Source of the DNA: the human T2T-CHM13v2.0 reference genome, Homo sapiens
Reading direction: 5' to 3' (one strand)
Length of the DNA: 64,000 nt
Assembly: GCF_009914755.1 (NCBI RefSeq)
Contig: NC_060938.1
The position numbers were made by a program, and so were the translations under genes. The notes beneath the pieces were generated by a model, which saw only the letters and a list, made by a program, of their open reading frames with translations, made no database searches and had not been told where the DNA came from. Below are positions 43,058 through 60,860 of the stretch, piece after piece (position 1 is the stretch's first letter; the number at the start of each line of letters is the position of its first letter).

Positions 43058-43508
43058 TGCCCAGGCGTGCTGAGGTAAACAGAGCAGCCGGGAAGCTGGA
43101 ACTGGGTGGAGCCCACCACAGCTCAAGGAGGCCTGCCTGCCTCTGTAGGCTCCACCTCTGGGGGCAGGGCACAGACAAAGGAAAAGACAGCAGTAACCTC
43201 TGCAGACTTAAATGTCCCTGTCTGACAGCTTTGAAGAGAGCAGTGGTTCTCCCAGTAAGCAGCTGGAGATCTGAGAACGGGCAGACTGCCTCCTCAAGTG
43301 GGTCCCTGACCCCTGACCCCCAAGCAGCCTAACTGGGAGGCACCCCCCAGCAGGGGCACACTGACACCTCACATGGCAGGGTACTCCAACAGACCTGCAG
43401 CTGAGGGTCCTGTCTGTTAGAAGGAAAACTAACAAAGAGAAAGGACATCCACACCAAAAACCCATCTGTACATCACCATCATCAAAGACCAAAAGTAAAA
43501 CCACAAAG

Positions 43509-44525
43509 ATGGGGAAAAAACAGAACAGAAAAACTGGAAACTCTAAAAAGCAGAGTGCCTCTCCTCCTCCAAAGGAATGCAGTTCCTCACCAGCAACGGA
43601 ACAAAGCTGGACGGAGAATGACTTTGACGAGCTGAGAGAAGAAGGCTTCAGACGATCAAATTACTCTGAGCTACGGGAGGACATTCAAACCAAAGGCAAA
43701 GAAGTTGAAAACTTTGAAAAAAATTTAGAAGAATGTATAACTAGAATAACCAATACAGAGAAGTGCTTAAAGGAGCTGATGGAGCTGAAAACCAAGGCTC
43801 AAGAACTACGTGAAGAATGCCAAAGCCTCAGGAGCTGATGCAATCAACTGGAAGAAAGTGTATCAGCAATGGAAGATGAAATGAATGAAATGAAGCGAGA
43901 AGGGAAGTTTACAGAAAAAAGAATAAAAAGAAACGAGCAAGGCCTCCAAGAAATATGGGACTATGTGAAAAGACCAAATCTACGTCTGATTGGTGTACCT
44001 GAAAGTGATGGGGAGAATGGAACCAAGTTGGAAAACACTCTGCAGGATATTATCCAGGAGAACTTCCCCAATCTAGCAAGGAAGGCCAACGTTCAGATTC
44101 AGGAAATACAGAGAACACCACAAAGATACTCCTCGAGAAGAGCAACTCCAAGACACATAATTGTTAGATTCACCAAAGTTGAAATGAAGGAAAAAATGTT
44201 AAGGGCAGCCAGAGAGAAAGGTCGGGTTACCCTCAAAGGGAAGCCCATCAGACTAACAGTGGATCTCTCGGCAGAAACCCTACAAGCCAGAAGAGAGTGG
44301 GGGCCAATATTCAACATTCTTCAAGAAAAGAATTTTCAACCCAGAATTTCATGTCCAGCCAAACTAAGCTTCATAAGTGAAGGAGAAATAAAATACTTTA
44401 CAGATAAGCAAATGCTGAGAGATTTTGTCACCACCAGGCCTGCCCTAAAAGAGCTCCTGAAGGAAGCGCTAAACATGGAAAGGAACAACTGGTACCAGCT
44501 GCTGCAAACTCATGCCAAAATGTAA
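43509..44525 (+). pseudogene. L1 ORF1 with premature stop at 43836-43838
   Basis: MGKKQNRKTGNSK...; TGA where the consensus has CGA (CpG decay); the frame continues to ...HAKM*. Confidence 0.95.
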
Positions 44526-44588
44526 AGACCATCGAGACTAGGAAGAAACTGCATCAACTAACGAGCAAAATCACCAGCTAACATCATC

Positions 44589-48409
<3,821 letters not shown>

Positions 48410-48838
48410 ACAATGAGATCACATGGACACAGGAAGGGGAACATCACACTCTGGGGACTGTTGTGGGGTGGGGGGATGGGGGAGGAATAGCATTGGGAGA
48501 TATACCTAATGCTAGATGACGAGTTAGTGGGTGCAGCGCACCAGCATGGCACATGTATACGTATGTAACTAACCTGCACAATGTGCACATGTACCCTAAA
48601 ACTCAAAGTATAATAATAAAAAAAAAGAAAATTAAAAAAAAAATTTTGTGATCGATTTTGGTCTTTACAATGATTTCTGTGTAATTATACGTTTACATAA
48701 CATTACTGTTGTATACATTTGGTTTTTATTCTATATGTTTTACTTTATATCATTTTTTGTGTAAATTTTATAAATATAATAGATAGAACATTTATCATGA
48801 AATTATATAATGTTCCAGTACAGCAAATCAAATTTCTA

Positions 48839-48918
48839 TTAAGTTGGCACAAAAGTAATTGCAGTTTATGCATTTGAAGAATAATGGCAAAACTGCAATT
48901 ACTTTTGCACCAACCTAA
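48839..48918. mobile_element. MADE1 (Hsmar1-derived 80-bp MITE)
   Basis: ttaagttggcacaaaagtaattgcag...ctgcaattacttttgcaccaacctaa; 80 bp, palindromic, TA at the left flank. Confidence 0.92.
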
Positions 48919-49839
48919 CACATAACATATATGTTTATTATTTTTACAGTGGCAATGTAATACATCAAAACACAATGTACCAATAATTTGCCTAACCTTT
49001 ACCTTTATCATAAACTTTTTCAGATATTTCTAAAACTCTACAATTATAAATAGTATGCAATGTATAATTTAAGTTTACTTAATATTATTTTCCTAGGATA
49101 GATTAAAAAGTATATGATTACTGAACCTAAAGAGACAAGACGTTTTGAGGGTTTTTGATAAGGCATAAAGCTACTTCCCAAAATTTGTTTTATCAATTTG
49201 CAGATAAAGAAACAGCAATTGTTTTATTGTTCTCCTCCCATCTGTGGGCATTCACAGTTCATTATTTTTCTTACTTTATATATTAGCATCTGATAATTTT
49301 TATTGATATTTGTAAACCAGCCATTTTTTAAAGAAGCAAACTTTTTCTTTGACGATATGTTTAGGTTTTGTCACGATGTTTAGATTTTGCCACAAAATAT
49401 GTTTAGAGCCCCATACTAGAGATTTCAGAAATAAATTATCTTCAATATTCTAGTGAATTTACTTGTGACTCAAGTAGAAAGATTCCATACCATGTCACAA
49501 CCTTTCATTCACAGACGTGGGAAAAATTAACGGCATTAGAAATTAAACAAACAGTTAACTTGGTCCCAACTAGGAAATAGCATGGTAGTGACAGTTGATG
49601 ATCAGTGTAATGTTGATCTTTGACCCTTGAGCCCCATAAAATTTCATCCTCTTGTCTCTCAGCTGCCTTATAATTACAGTGAATGTTTCCAGTTTTCACA
49701 GCTCTTGCTTGGTAACTAACTGTGTGTCTAGGCCTGATTTATTTTAATTCCCATGTCAGTTGCTCAGTTGCAGTTCATTCCAAAGGGGACTTAAATCACC
49801 ATTTTTTTTGTTGTTGTTGGTTTTTTTTTCTTTTGTTAG

Positions 49840-49950
49840 CTACAAGCAAGAAGATCCTGGATCATGCCAGAGGTTTAAAAGAAGAAGTGAAGTTCAACAA
49901 GTTCATGTCATATTTTAACATGTTCCAGAATTTCTCACAGGTCTACCAAA
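49840..49950 (+). other. Candidate 111-nt internal exon
   Basis: Long polypyrimidine tract plus ttag| acceptor; aaa|gtaagt donor; one open frame (phase 1-1). Confidence 0.5.
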
Positions 49951-52900
49951 GTAAGTGGTTGGTGCATTAACTCCTTTTGGTCCTGCTTTTGATTTTGGAT
50001 AATTTTTTTTCCCTAGACACATAGGCATTTCAGCATTTCGGCTGTGAGTACAAACAATAAAGTGAACTTAGTATTTTCTTCAAGTCTTAATGTTAACAGA
50101 AATGTTTTAGCCAATACTATGTAGAGCTTCTAGAGGAACAAACTCTTTAAATGCTGTGTAACTTGACAGATGCTAGCAGCTATTTTCCCCAAGGGTAGAG
50201 GAGGGAACCTGGGTGATTGGAGGTTGAAGGTAAAAGGTACACTGAAGATTATTCTGACATTAGTTTACTCTGAACTAATCACATCCAGGTGGCTCTGAAT
50301 TATTGCTCACAGCCCAAATGTCACCAAAGTTATGGCTCTAGCACTCACTTTGATGTTAAAGGGTAGAGTTGATCCATTCCAGTACTCTTGCTTTAGCCCC
50401 TTAGACCCAGAATAAATTATCTGTATTTGTCTTAGAAAAGTAAACATTAAAAAAATTCTGAATCTGCACATGTCATTGACACTAGAATACCTATAAATCA
50501 GTCTCTGGTGAAATCATGATAAAATGGTTTCAGCTCTCTGTGCTCCATTTGTCATTTGGCCAGATGCCTAGGCTAAAATATTTTTCTCCTACACACTTTT
50601 TTCTTTCAAGTATTAAAGGTTGGTCATTTTAATAATGTGTAGAAACTTACGAAATGCAGAGACAAGTGAAATGTTCTTTTTTATATGAGGTTTTAGATAC
50701 ATATTTAGTCAGGGAGTTATTACACATTGCATTTAAAAAAAAAAAGCTCTTAAGAGAAATTCAGGTTGTCTTCTGAGAACACTGCTTGATAATGGCATGA
50801 AGGTAAATACATTAGAATGCAATCTGTAAAAGTGAGTTAATGACTATTGATAGGAAAGATGTTGATATGTCAGGTGTGACAATAACACTTAATAACAAAA
50901 GAAACATGATTAAACTATTGTTTATCTGAGCATTTAGTCTCCGATGAGATTGATTTATGTCTAAAAACGTTTCAGTATTGTAAAGTAGTAAGTAATAAGA
51001 AGGGAGGATTAATGACAGAGGAGAGGAAGATACATCCTAGGGAATATCGTCTGTTTAAGTATTTCGTAAATGTGTCACTGAAATGCTAATGATCAGCCCT
51101 ACTCAGGATAAAGTCTCAACATCTTTTCATAAAAAGGTAGATATATTTTAAGGGACTGTCAATAAATAGGTCAAAATTATTTCCTTGAATGAAAGCTGAG
51201 ATCATCTTTCTTCCTCTAAGTTACTGTCTAGAGCTAGAAAGAGAGGAGCAAAGACCAGAAAGCAGGTGAAGAGGAAGCATGCTGGAGTCAAACTGCTGTG
51301 GTTTGAAATTTGCCTCCTCTGATTTCTGGTTCTGCTACTGTGGTCTTGTTGTTTTGCCTCTCAAGATTCTGTTTTCTCATCTAGAAAAAAGGCAAGCTAA
51401 TCATTGTGTACAATAAGTGCTATTTATGAGAAACTATGGATCAATGAATTGAATATATTTATACTTTAAAAAGTCACCCTCAGGTTACAAACAAGGCTTC
51501 AGTTGAAGGAAAATATAATCCTATTTTTGCTCCAAAAGTAGAGGACTCTAAATAGTTATCAAAAAGCTTTGGTTCCAGATAAGTTTCAGAAATAAACAGG
51601 GAAAGCCCTCTAGAGTTAAGGTTTTTGAAGTGTGTAGATTTTCACACTAAGTGGGTCAATGAAGATGACAAATAGGCTCACAGCAGCTCTGATCACGTTT
51701 CACATCAAATGAGTTTGTTAAAAATCAAGCAAAACTGTGGCTTTTAGAAGTTGATGGATTTCCAAATTTTCCATAAAAAATTGTAGACATATATGTTATG
51801 GGGAGAGTATGGAGTCAGAAGAGTCAAGCCAGCAAAGAGAAAAGTTATTTAGTTATCCCAAATAAACCAATCCATGCACAATTAGTTCATAATGCTTGAA
51901 AACTTATGAAGTGCAGGGACAAGTGAAATGTTCTTTTTATATTAGGTTTTAGAGATATACTTTAGTCAGGAAATCAATCCACATTTCATTTTTATGAAAT
52001 GTGTACAAATTGCATACATTATGTTAGTTTAAGCTTCATGATAGTCTACTTAAATTATTTTGGAGAATTCTTAGAAATGATGACAGTCCACATTACTGAG
52101 TAATTATCGAGTCAAGGCAATAATCTTTGCTCTGAATGAACAAAGTTAACTTGCTGAGGTTTTGCTTGAGCTTGATTTATTGGATAACTCTCCCATCTTC
52201 TGTCATTTCTTATTAGTTAGAGAGAATTGTCACAAGAAATGTTACCGGCCGCTTTAGAAAATCATCGTGGGGTATATGTCTCAGTAAGCAGAGAATGATG
52301 GCTGAGCACTAGTTTCTGGTCATTGTCAAATCTTAAACTAAGGAGATGGTAAAATCAAAATTCATTTTTTGAGATTGTCCCTTGCCAGTGTTACACTATG
52401 ACAGTGTAAGATAAGTATGGTATGGTATGATATGTATTGACAACTGTATCATTTGCTCTATATTCAAAGATTTGAGTATAATTATATGACTAACAGAATC
52501 CATTTTGGCAGAATGATATAATAGTATAATTAAACTTCAGAAACCAAACCTAATCCTCAAATAGGAGAAGCTTGTCTTCTCTGAAGTTTCCTGGCATACA
52601 TTTTAAAATAAAAGCCCACATTGGAGAAGACATTCAAGTAGAAGACACTGATAAACTATAAATATTTGTTAGTTACAACTGATAGTCAATAAAAAATTAA
52701 TGATTATTTTATTCGAAATATTTAGCTTCAATTCTACATTCTTTGCTGAAAGCCTGAACTAACTTGGGTTACTGTTCAAGGGTTTTCACAGTATTCAAGT
52801 ACTCTGATGAGCTATCTATTCTCGCATATTGCTTACAAATTCCTACTTTTAATCCTCAATTCTTTCACTCACTCTATGTCTGCTCTTTTAATCCTCTTCT

Positions 52901-52952
52901 TGCCACTTACAAGTTGGTAAAGTTCTCCTTTCCATTAAGTTTCATCTAAACA

Positions 52953-53254
52953 GGCTGGGCACAGTGGCTCATGCCTGTAATCTCAGCCGTAGGGATGCCG
53001 ATGCTGGCTGATCAGCTGAGCTCAGCAGTTCGAGGCCAGCCTGGGCAACATGGTGAAACCCTGTCTCTACAAAAAATTAGCCAGGCATGGTGGTGCATGC
53101 CTGTAGTCCCAACTGCTTTGGGAGGCTGATATGGAAGGATCACCTGGGCCTGGGAGGTTGAGGCTGCAATGAGCTGAGATCGTGCCACTGCACTCTAGCC
53201 TGGATGACAAAGTGAGACTCTGTCTCAAAAAAAAAAAAAAAAAAACAAAAAAAA
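52953..53254 (+). mobile_element. AluJ-type with TSD aagtttcatYtaaa
   Basis: 'ggatcacctgggcctgggaggttgaggctgca'; TSD 52937-52950 and 53255-53268. Confidence 0.92.
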
Positions 53255-53327
53255 AAGTTTCATTTAAAAAATGAAAAAAAAAAAAGGCGGCTTAGAAAAC
53301 ATTTTAGGAAATAGAAAATAGAGATAA

Positions 53328-53627
<300 letters not shown>

Positions 53628-54453
53628 TTTCTAAGCTTTCTCTCTCTCTTGCAAAGTCTTGGAATTAATCTTACCCTAGAAGTTATTCACTACAAATGAG
53701 GATTTCATAGCTTGTATGTGAAAATACCTTATATACGTTTCCATATCTATTTGTGCTTGTCTATATTTCTCAGTAGATTGTGTTATCCTTATCCTTATCC
53801 TCAAAAGTTTTTATTTGGTACCGGGATTGTTATAGTGTTGGCAAACACCTATAATAGACTGCTCAGAGGTGCAAACAATTGTTCGTTAAATCTGTTGTTC
53901 AATTGTTATATTAGATCAATTTCTAAAAAACTGTTAAGAGATTCTGTAGCCCATGTGAATAAGATGAAACCTCAGATGAGAAAAGTCAGAAGAGTGTTGT
54001 AAAAATATATATTATAGAAAACAAAGAGCCTTTTGATAATGGAGGAGATCTCCTATTCAGCTGTTGGCAATATCACATTTGTGCTACACATCATGTTGAG
54101 TTCCCGTTATAGAAGTCAGAAAATGGAATTAAGGGATTTCATGAAAGAAGCAGCTAAGCCGGGCACAAGAGAGTAAGAGGCTGCCTCTAAACTGACACTT
54201 GTGAAGTGAGGAGTAAAAAGAGGAAACAGAGATTAGGGCTGGTGTGTCTGTACGGAATATCTCTGTCCTGTTATTGCTTCGTCATAGTCTCATGTAACCT
54301 ACCCAGTTTCTAGCTTAGCCAGTGATATTTTGTGAAGTACCTATTCAAATTAGTTTTGGTTGTAAATGAGATAATATATGTATTGAATTATCCTTCCCAC
54401 CACTTTTCTGACATGTAAATCCTAACCTCAAATCAATAAGATTACATGTATAA

Positions 54454-54762
<309 letters not shown>

Positions 54763-56119
54763 GGTGAGTGAAGAGACATAGTTACATGTAATGTAATATG
54801 TAATACTTTAAGAGATTTATACATTCCTGAAAATTTTGTTTCACTTTGGTTTTGCCTAATGCCATGAGTTAAACACTCAGCCTTCTTAAACTTTGAAAGG
54901 GGAACAATTTATTCTCCCCTTTCCTTATCCTCAAAAGTTTGTATTTGGTACTGGGCTTGTTATAGTGTTGGCAAACAAATAGCAGAAAACTAAAGTGATA
55001 TTTACTATTAGAGTCCAGAATAAGAATCGTCGTAATGTTATCTTCCTATCTAAGCGTATGGTTTTTATGGTGCTAGAGAGGCATCATTTCTAAGTAGGGA
55101 ATTCCTCCCATAGTGTTTTCACTGCTGCAGGCTGGTGGAGAAGAATGAGGACCCAGAAAAACTTGGATTCATCTTATTGCAAGGATGTTGGATCCTTTGC
55201 ATATCTTTCATATCCTTTGCATATATGTTTACTCTAATGGACTTAGGGAATGGGGTAATGAAAGTGTTTAGCTTATGGGGTCAGTTTATTGGATTAAATG
55301 TGATAATGGATGTAAGGTGGTTATCACAAGGGCTTGCATATATCAAGTGTCCAGGATACTAGCCATTGCTCCTACAAATGCACAAATGCGTCATCCTGTC
55401 TTTTTTCTTACTTTCATTTTTTTTTTACTGAGAATATTTTGCTTCAGAGTAAAAGTACAGAATAAATTTAAAAAGTGGGAGAAAGAACTTGAACGGTCTA
55501 ATGCTTTGAGAATTGCTAACTATCATTATGTACATGATGGGATAGGTGAAGCAGGTTATAAAACATTTGAACTCATTCCAGCACTGGTGACCCTTTCTCA
55601 AAGCCAGATGTTTAAATGATGCTCAATGGGGATATGTGGGATTATAAATATGTCCCATCTGCTTCTACCGTCTGCCTGCTCTTGAAAGGTATAAAATCAC
55701 CTACTGCATGTGGCGGCAGCAGCAGTCTCCATTCCAAACCACAGAAATATTAAAAGATAACCAGAGACCTTTCTATTGGCAAAGCCTTTCAACATGCACC
55801 TAAAGGGAATAAATGAAGGTCAAGGCAATTTGTTGTTAAGGTGTTGGATAGAAGTACTATGGGAAATATTTTATTATTTAATTGAGACATGTAAATCTGG
55901 ATAATCATAAAGAAAAGTGAGGATTCATTTAAATATTCAACTCTAGACACACGAAGGCATTTTGTAATGCTGAATGGACCACATAATTATTTTCATTAAA
56001 TACGCTGTTAGCTGCAAGTATTTTACTGTGTTAGGGAAGTACAATCATAGAGTTTCATTACGCAAAACTAATAGTAGTATTAATAGCAATTTTCTATGTA
56101 TGTTTTGCAGTTCGTCTGA

Positions 56120-56345
56120 TTTCCCTTATTCTGTATTTTAGCACCCAAGTTTTTATGGTTATTTCTTTCACATACTTTGCACTGTGTAATGACTTTATTA
56201 TGTATTTACTTGTCATCCGCCTTCTGCTTCATTAGACAATGTTCTCTAGGAAGGCAGGGACATTATTTCTTTTATCTCTTTACACGCAGTACCCAGAAAA
56301 ATGATTGGCATACAGTAGACACTCAATAAATAGTGCAGAACAATG
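56120..56345 (+). mobile_element. L2 3' end relic
   Basis: 'ggaaggcagggac...cagtacccagaa..tgattggcatacagtagacactcaataaata'. Confidence 0.7.
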
Positions 56346-57379
56346 TGTTAAAAATTAATAAAGATCATTTATATTGTCTAAAATCATTCCATGTGATATA
56401 TTGGATACACTTCACCAAATATCAGCAGGAAAATAATTCCAGACTTCCAGGTAGTTTAATGTCCTGGTTTCTTCTTCAGCATAAGGCCATATTGAATATA
56501 TTTACACATACATCCTTGGGCTAAAATAAAAGAAAGACACCAGGGAAGTAGCACATATGGAGTATATACTGCAGACTTAAATAAGTGCTAGATATTCTCT
56601 TAATTTAAGGAGAATATACATTGAGGTAAATCTACGAACATCAGAAAGCAATCACCAGAGATAGGTAGGTAGATAGATGGATAGATAGATAATGAAAAGA
56701 TCCTTCCAACTTAAAATCTGAACTTCTTTTAATAGGGGACATGATGTGGATTTAGATGAACTAATCCTTAATGTTATGCTATCAGTTACAAGCTACTTGA
56801 TTTTAAGTAAGCTGTTTGGCCTCAGTTAACATCAACTTTTCATCTATCAATTAAAATAAAATGGCACTTGAATTTTGTTAGCATCAAATGACACATGAAA
56901 TGTGAAAGCAATTTGTAAACTGTAAAGTAGTAGCCCATTTGTAAACTAAGTTTGTAAACTAAAGTAGTAGTAGTAGATGGGTTTTGTGCTCTTAATTGTT
57001 AGACTTGCTAAAAGACTTTTGATGACTTAATTTTCAGAAATATAATAATGATTTGATGGAAAAATAGAAAAGTTAAATATTGACAGAAGGGAAGAGATGA
57101 AATAATCTAATGTATGAGGCCAAAAATGGAAATGGAAATGTAACTACTTATATTACTTCATAATTATATGTTTCATTTATAGACATGTGGATGAACCATA
57201 ACAGCTAATATGTGTCTCTTAATATTGATGTTTCTTTTATCAGTTTAATATTTTTATTGAATTAAAAGATAACTTCTTATTCCCTAGTATAATTAGATAA
57301 CTGTCTTACCCATTCTTCCTTTCTTAATATCCAATATTTACAATACTTCTCTAACTAAACTATACTAACTATACATAAG

Positions 57380-57535
57380 AGTCACCTGTAGAAGTGATTT
57401 TGCCACAGATTTCTGGGTCCTATGTCTATAGATTTTAATGCAGTGGGGGCTGCGATGGGGAGCCTGAGTCTTTGCACTTCTAACAAGCTCCCAGATGATA
57501 CAGGTGCTAATGGCTCATTAAAGCATTGTTCTATA
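57380..57535. mobile_element. MER5A-like MITE
   Basis: 'tttgcacttctaacaagctcccagatgat..ggtgct'. Confidence 0.7.
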
Positions 57536-57669
57536 CCTGAACCAGTATAAGTGATTTCCTCACTAATTAACAGGAAAGAAAGGTATTTAAAATGGGTTAT
57601 AACCATGTTTTTATTGAGACTTCCAAAATTTTCAAGAAAACATTTTTAGCATGAAAATAGGAAAATTCT

Positions 57670-58120
57670 ATTTTGAGGTGCAGTTCCTCAGAAATAAAAC
57701 CTTGAGACAGAGATTTGCATACAGGGATATTAATGGAGAGTATTCTTATGAATGACACCGTTAAGAGTTTGAGAGAAACAGGATTGGTCAGAGTGAGAAT
57801 GAAGAAGTGTGGTGCAGTTGATAGCACACAGCCAATTTCACAGGCAACGCTGGAGGAACTACACCTTTGGGGAGTTGTTGCTATTTGAAGACAGGCTTTT
57901 TTCTCCTCACATTAACCAATAATTTGTTGAAGGCAATTATTAATTGAAGAGGGAATGTAATATCAGGTGAAACATTATCCTTTGGGGGAGGAGATGAGGG
58001 CAATTCTTGGAGGGGGATTCAGCTGTGAGCCCTCAGAAGTCAACACTTCTGGCAGTTTGGGATATGACTGCTTCGTAGGCAAGAGGGGAAATTGGTATTC
58101 ATGATTCAATCCACTAAAGA
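57670..58120 (-). mobile_element. ERVL LTR16-like solo LTR
   Basis: 'ccttgagacagagatttgcat...aacaggattgg...gtggtgcagttg...cagctgtgagccctcag'. Confidence 0.55.
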
Positions 58121-58268
58121 TTGTCCATTTAATATGTTGAATTAGTTCAGTTTCACTGAGAATGAGATACTGAAGTTTATCCTTCAATTGTAGATTACTT
58201 AGATAAAAACATATATTATTTTCAATCTGAAATATTTACAATTCTTGAGTCAGCAAAAGTAAACCAGA

Positions 58269-58573
58269 GGCTGGGTGCAGTGGCTTATGCCTGTAATCCC
58301 AGCACTTTGGGAGGCCGAGGCAGGCAGATCACGAGGTCAAGAGATCAAGACCATCCCATCCTGGCCAGCATGGTGAAACCCTGTCTCTACAAAAAATACA
58401 AAAATGAGCTGCGTGTGGTGGTGCATGCCTGTAGACCCAGCTACTCGGGAGGCTGAGGCAGGAGAATCACTTGAACCCAGAGGCAGAGGTTGCAGTGAGC
58501 TGAGATCATGCCACTGCACTCTAGCCTGAGCAACAGAGCAAGATTCTGTCTCAAAAAAAATAATAAAATAAAT
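58269..58573 (+). mobile_element. AluSc-like with TSD gtaaaccaga
   Basis: 'gatcacgaggtcaagagatc'; TSD 58259-58268 and 58574-58583. Confidence 0.93.
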
Positions 58574-59004
58574 GTAAACCAGAAACTGCTATAAGTGTGT
58601 ACTACCCACATTGCAATTTTTTTTTGTTTCCTGCTTTTGAATGAACTAGCAATAGTGTTTCAGAACTTGGGTTTCAAAACTGTCAATATAAATGTTGTGA
58701 AATGAAAATGCTGTGGATAAAATGCACTGAACTATTTCACCTTTTCATAGAAGCAATTTAGTAATTGATTTGGCCTGGAATTATAACATTTGCTCTAACC
58801 TACTCCACTAACCCAACAAATACATTTATTAACTATCAATCGAGTAAGATTCTTTAGACAATTAATTTGAGTGAAATAATTAGACTTGCCAAATTATGTT
58901 ATTCAAGTATACTATAATATTCTTATTGACATCAGAGTAGTTTGTGTAAATTGTCTAGCCCACACCTTTATTTGATAGATTAATCAACTAGGGTTTAGGT
59001 GTTC

Positions 59005-59530
59005 ATTATCATTCACTCTTTCAACAAGTATTGATGGAGCCTCTGCAATGTACCAGGCAGGTAACTGGATGCAAATAATAAAACAGAGAATAAAATAAAG
59101 CTTGTTTTATGTTCATGCAGTTTAAAGTTTTAAGGGGTGTCTAATTAAATCAAAGAACCAAATCAAATAAAGAAAATAATTCAAAATAATCACAATGGAA
59201 TCAGGAAATTATGATTATGAGAACAAGAATGTGGACTCATTTTTGGAGGTCTCTTTAAGACCTGCAAAAGAAGCAGGGAAATCCACAAATGAGCAGAGGA
59301 GTATTCCTGGCAGAGACCAGCTACCCGTTTAAACAAAGTGAAGAACAGACAGTCCATTGAGTTATATGGAGAGTTGAATGTTACGACGTTGTAAGGGTAG
59401 CAGGAACTAGTCCCTGGGACTAGTATTGCCCGGTATGTTAGGAGACTGGATTTAGATATTATTCTAATTGTGATGGGAAGTCATTTAAAATGCTGTAACT
59501 TAGAAGTGGGCAGGAAAAAAATAACTTGGC
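59005..59530 (-). mobile_element. L2 relic
   Basis: 'attcactctttcaacaagtattgatggagcctctgcaatgtaccaggca' and 'attctaattgtgatgggaagtcatt'. Confidence 0.65.
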
Positions 59531-59719
59531 TCAAAGGAAGCAAAGCTTTTTGGAAGCTGGATATCCACTTGATTATTGGGAGTGTGGGTGAATGTTGAGG
59601 GTCACATTGGGGAAAAGCAGGTAGGGCCTTGCTGCAGTTGCCTATGTGTTTATTTAGGTACCAAACCTCAAAAGACATTTTCATTTGTGTTGTAAACATA
59701 TTAGAGTTTATTACACACT

Positions 59720-60470
59720 TCAGTACACCTTATACTTTTCAAGGTTTTATGCTTCCAAAAGTGACAAAGTTTCTTCCATTTGTAGAACTCCTTTTAGTCT
59801 GCATTTTTAAACTGGTAGTCTGCTAAGGATTCTATTTTTCTGTAAATATATATGTCATCTTCATTTTTGGATATTTTTACTAGAATTTTATAATTCTATA
59901 TTTTCACTTTTGCTCTTTTCATATTCTAAATAAGTTATTCCATCATCTTCTGGCTTTCAACTATTTTGTTTATAAATAACCTTAATATCATTATTGCTCT
60001 TTTGAAGGTAATCACTTTTTCTCTGACTGATTTTAAGATTTTTGGATTTTTACAGTTTGATTATGATGTACTACTGAGTCCAATGTTGTTCTTTCTTGAA
60101 TATGTGGGTTAATATATTTCATTACTTTGAGAAATTTATCAGCCACTATTCTTTCAAATATTGCTTCTGTTTCATTTCTTTCTTCTCTCCTCTGGGACTC
60201 TATGCATCTGTTATGCCTCTTATAATCTGATGTGATTTTTTTTTCCTTTTCATCCTTTTTATTTCATCCTCTCTACTTCAGTTTATTTTTTATTAAACTA
60301 TCTACAAGTATACCAATCTTAGTTTTTGTTCTGTCCAGACAATGACAAAATCATCAAATGAACATAAAAGTTAAGATTTTGTATTTTTAAATTATAGGAT
60401 ATGTATTTCATTTTTTCTACAGTTTTCAAATTGATTGAAATGCTCCCTAACATCTATTTCCCTGTCTTTT
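59720..60470 (-). mobile_element. Old L1ME ORF1-region relic
   Basis: 'tctgactgattttaagattt...tttgagaaatttatcagccactattctttcaaatattgcttctg'. Confidence 0.6.
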
Positions 60471-60667
60471 TTTTTCTGTGTATATGTATTTATGGTAGAC
60501 TCATCTGGATTACGGGAAAGTACTTAGACCATAAATGTTAATTGGGGAAAGAGACTAACTCAGGAAGCAGTTCATGTCTCTCTTGGTTACACTCACTCAG
60601 TAATATCTTAGTAATATATCCTCATTTAATAGGATAGTAGGGGGAGGGGTGGGAGGAAGCCAATACG

Positions 60668-60860
60668 ATCAGTGTTTCTTAATTCTATCAGACAATTAGA
60701 ATCATCTAGGGTGGGAAAGGAGAAGAAGACTTTAAACAAGTCACAGTGCTTGGCTATCGCTGCATATTAATTACATCATATCTTCGTAGGTGAGGAATGG
60801 TCATTAGAATTTTTAAAGTTCTCCAGGTGATTGTGATATCTACCCAGGGTTGGCCTGGTT
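60668..60860. mobile_element. MER5-like MITE
   Basis: 'cagtgtttct...attagaatcatctaggg...tttttaaagttctccaggtgatt..gat...ccagggttg'. Confidence 0.65.
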
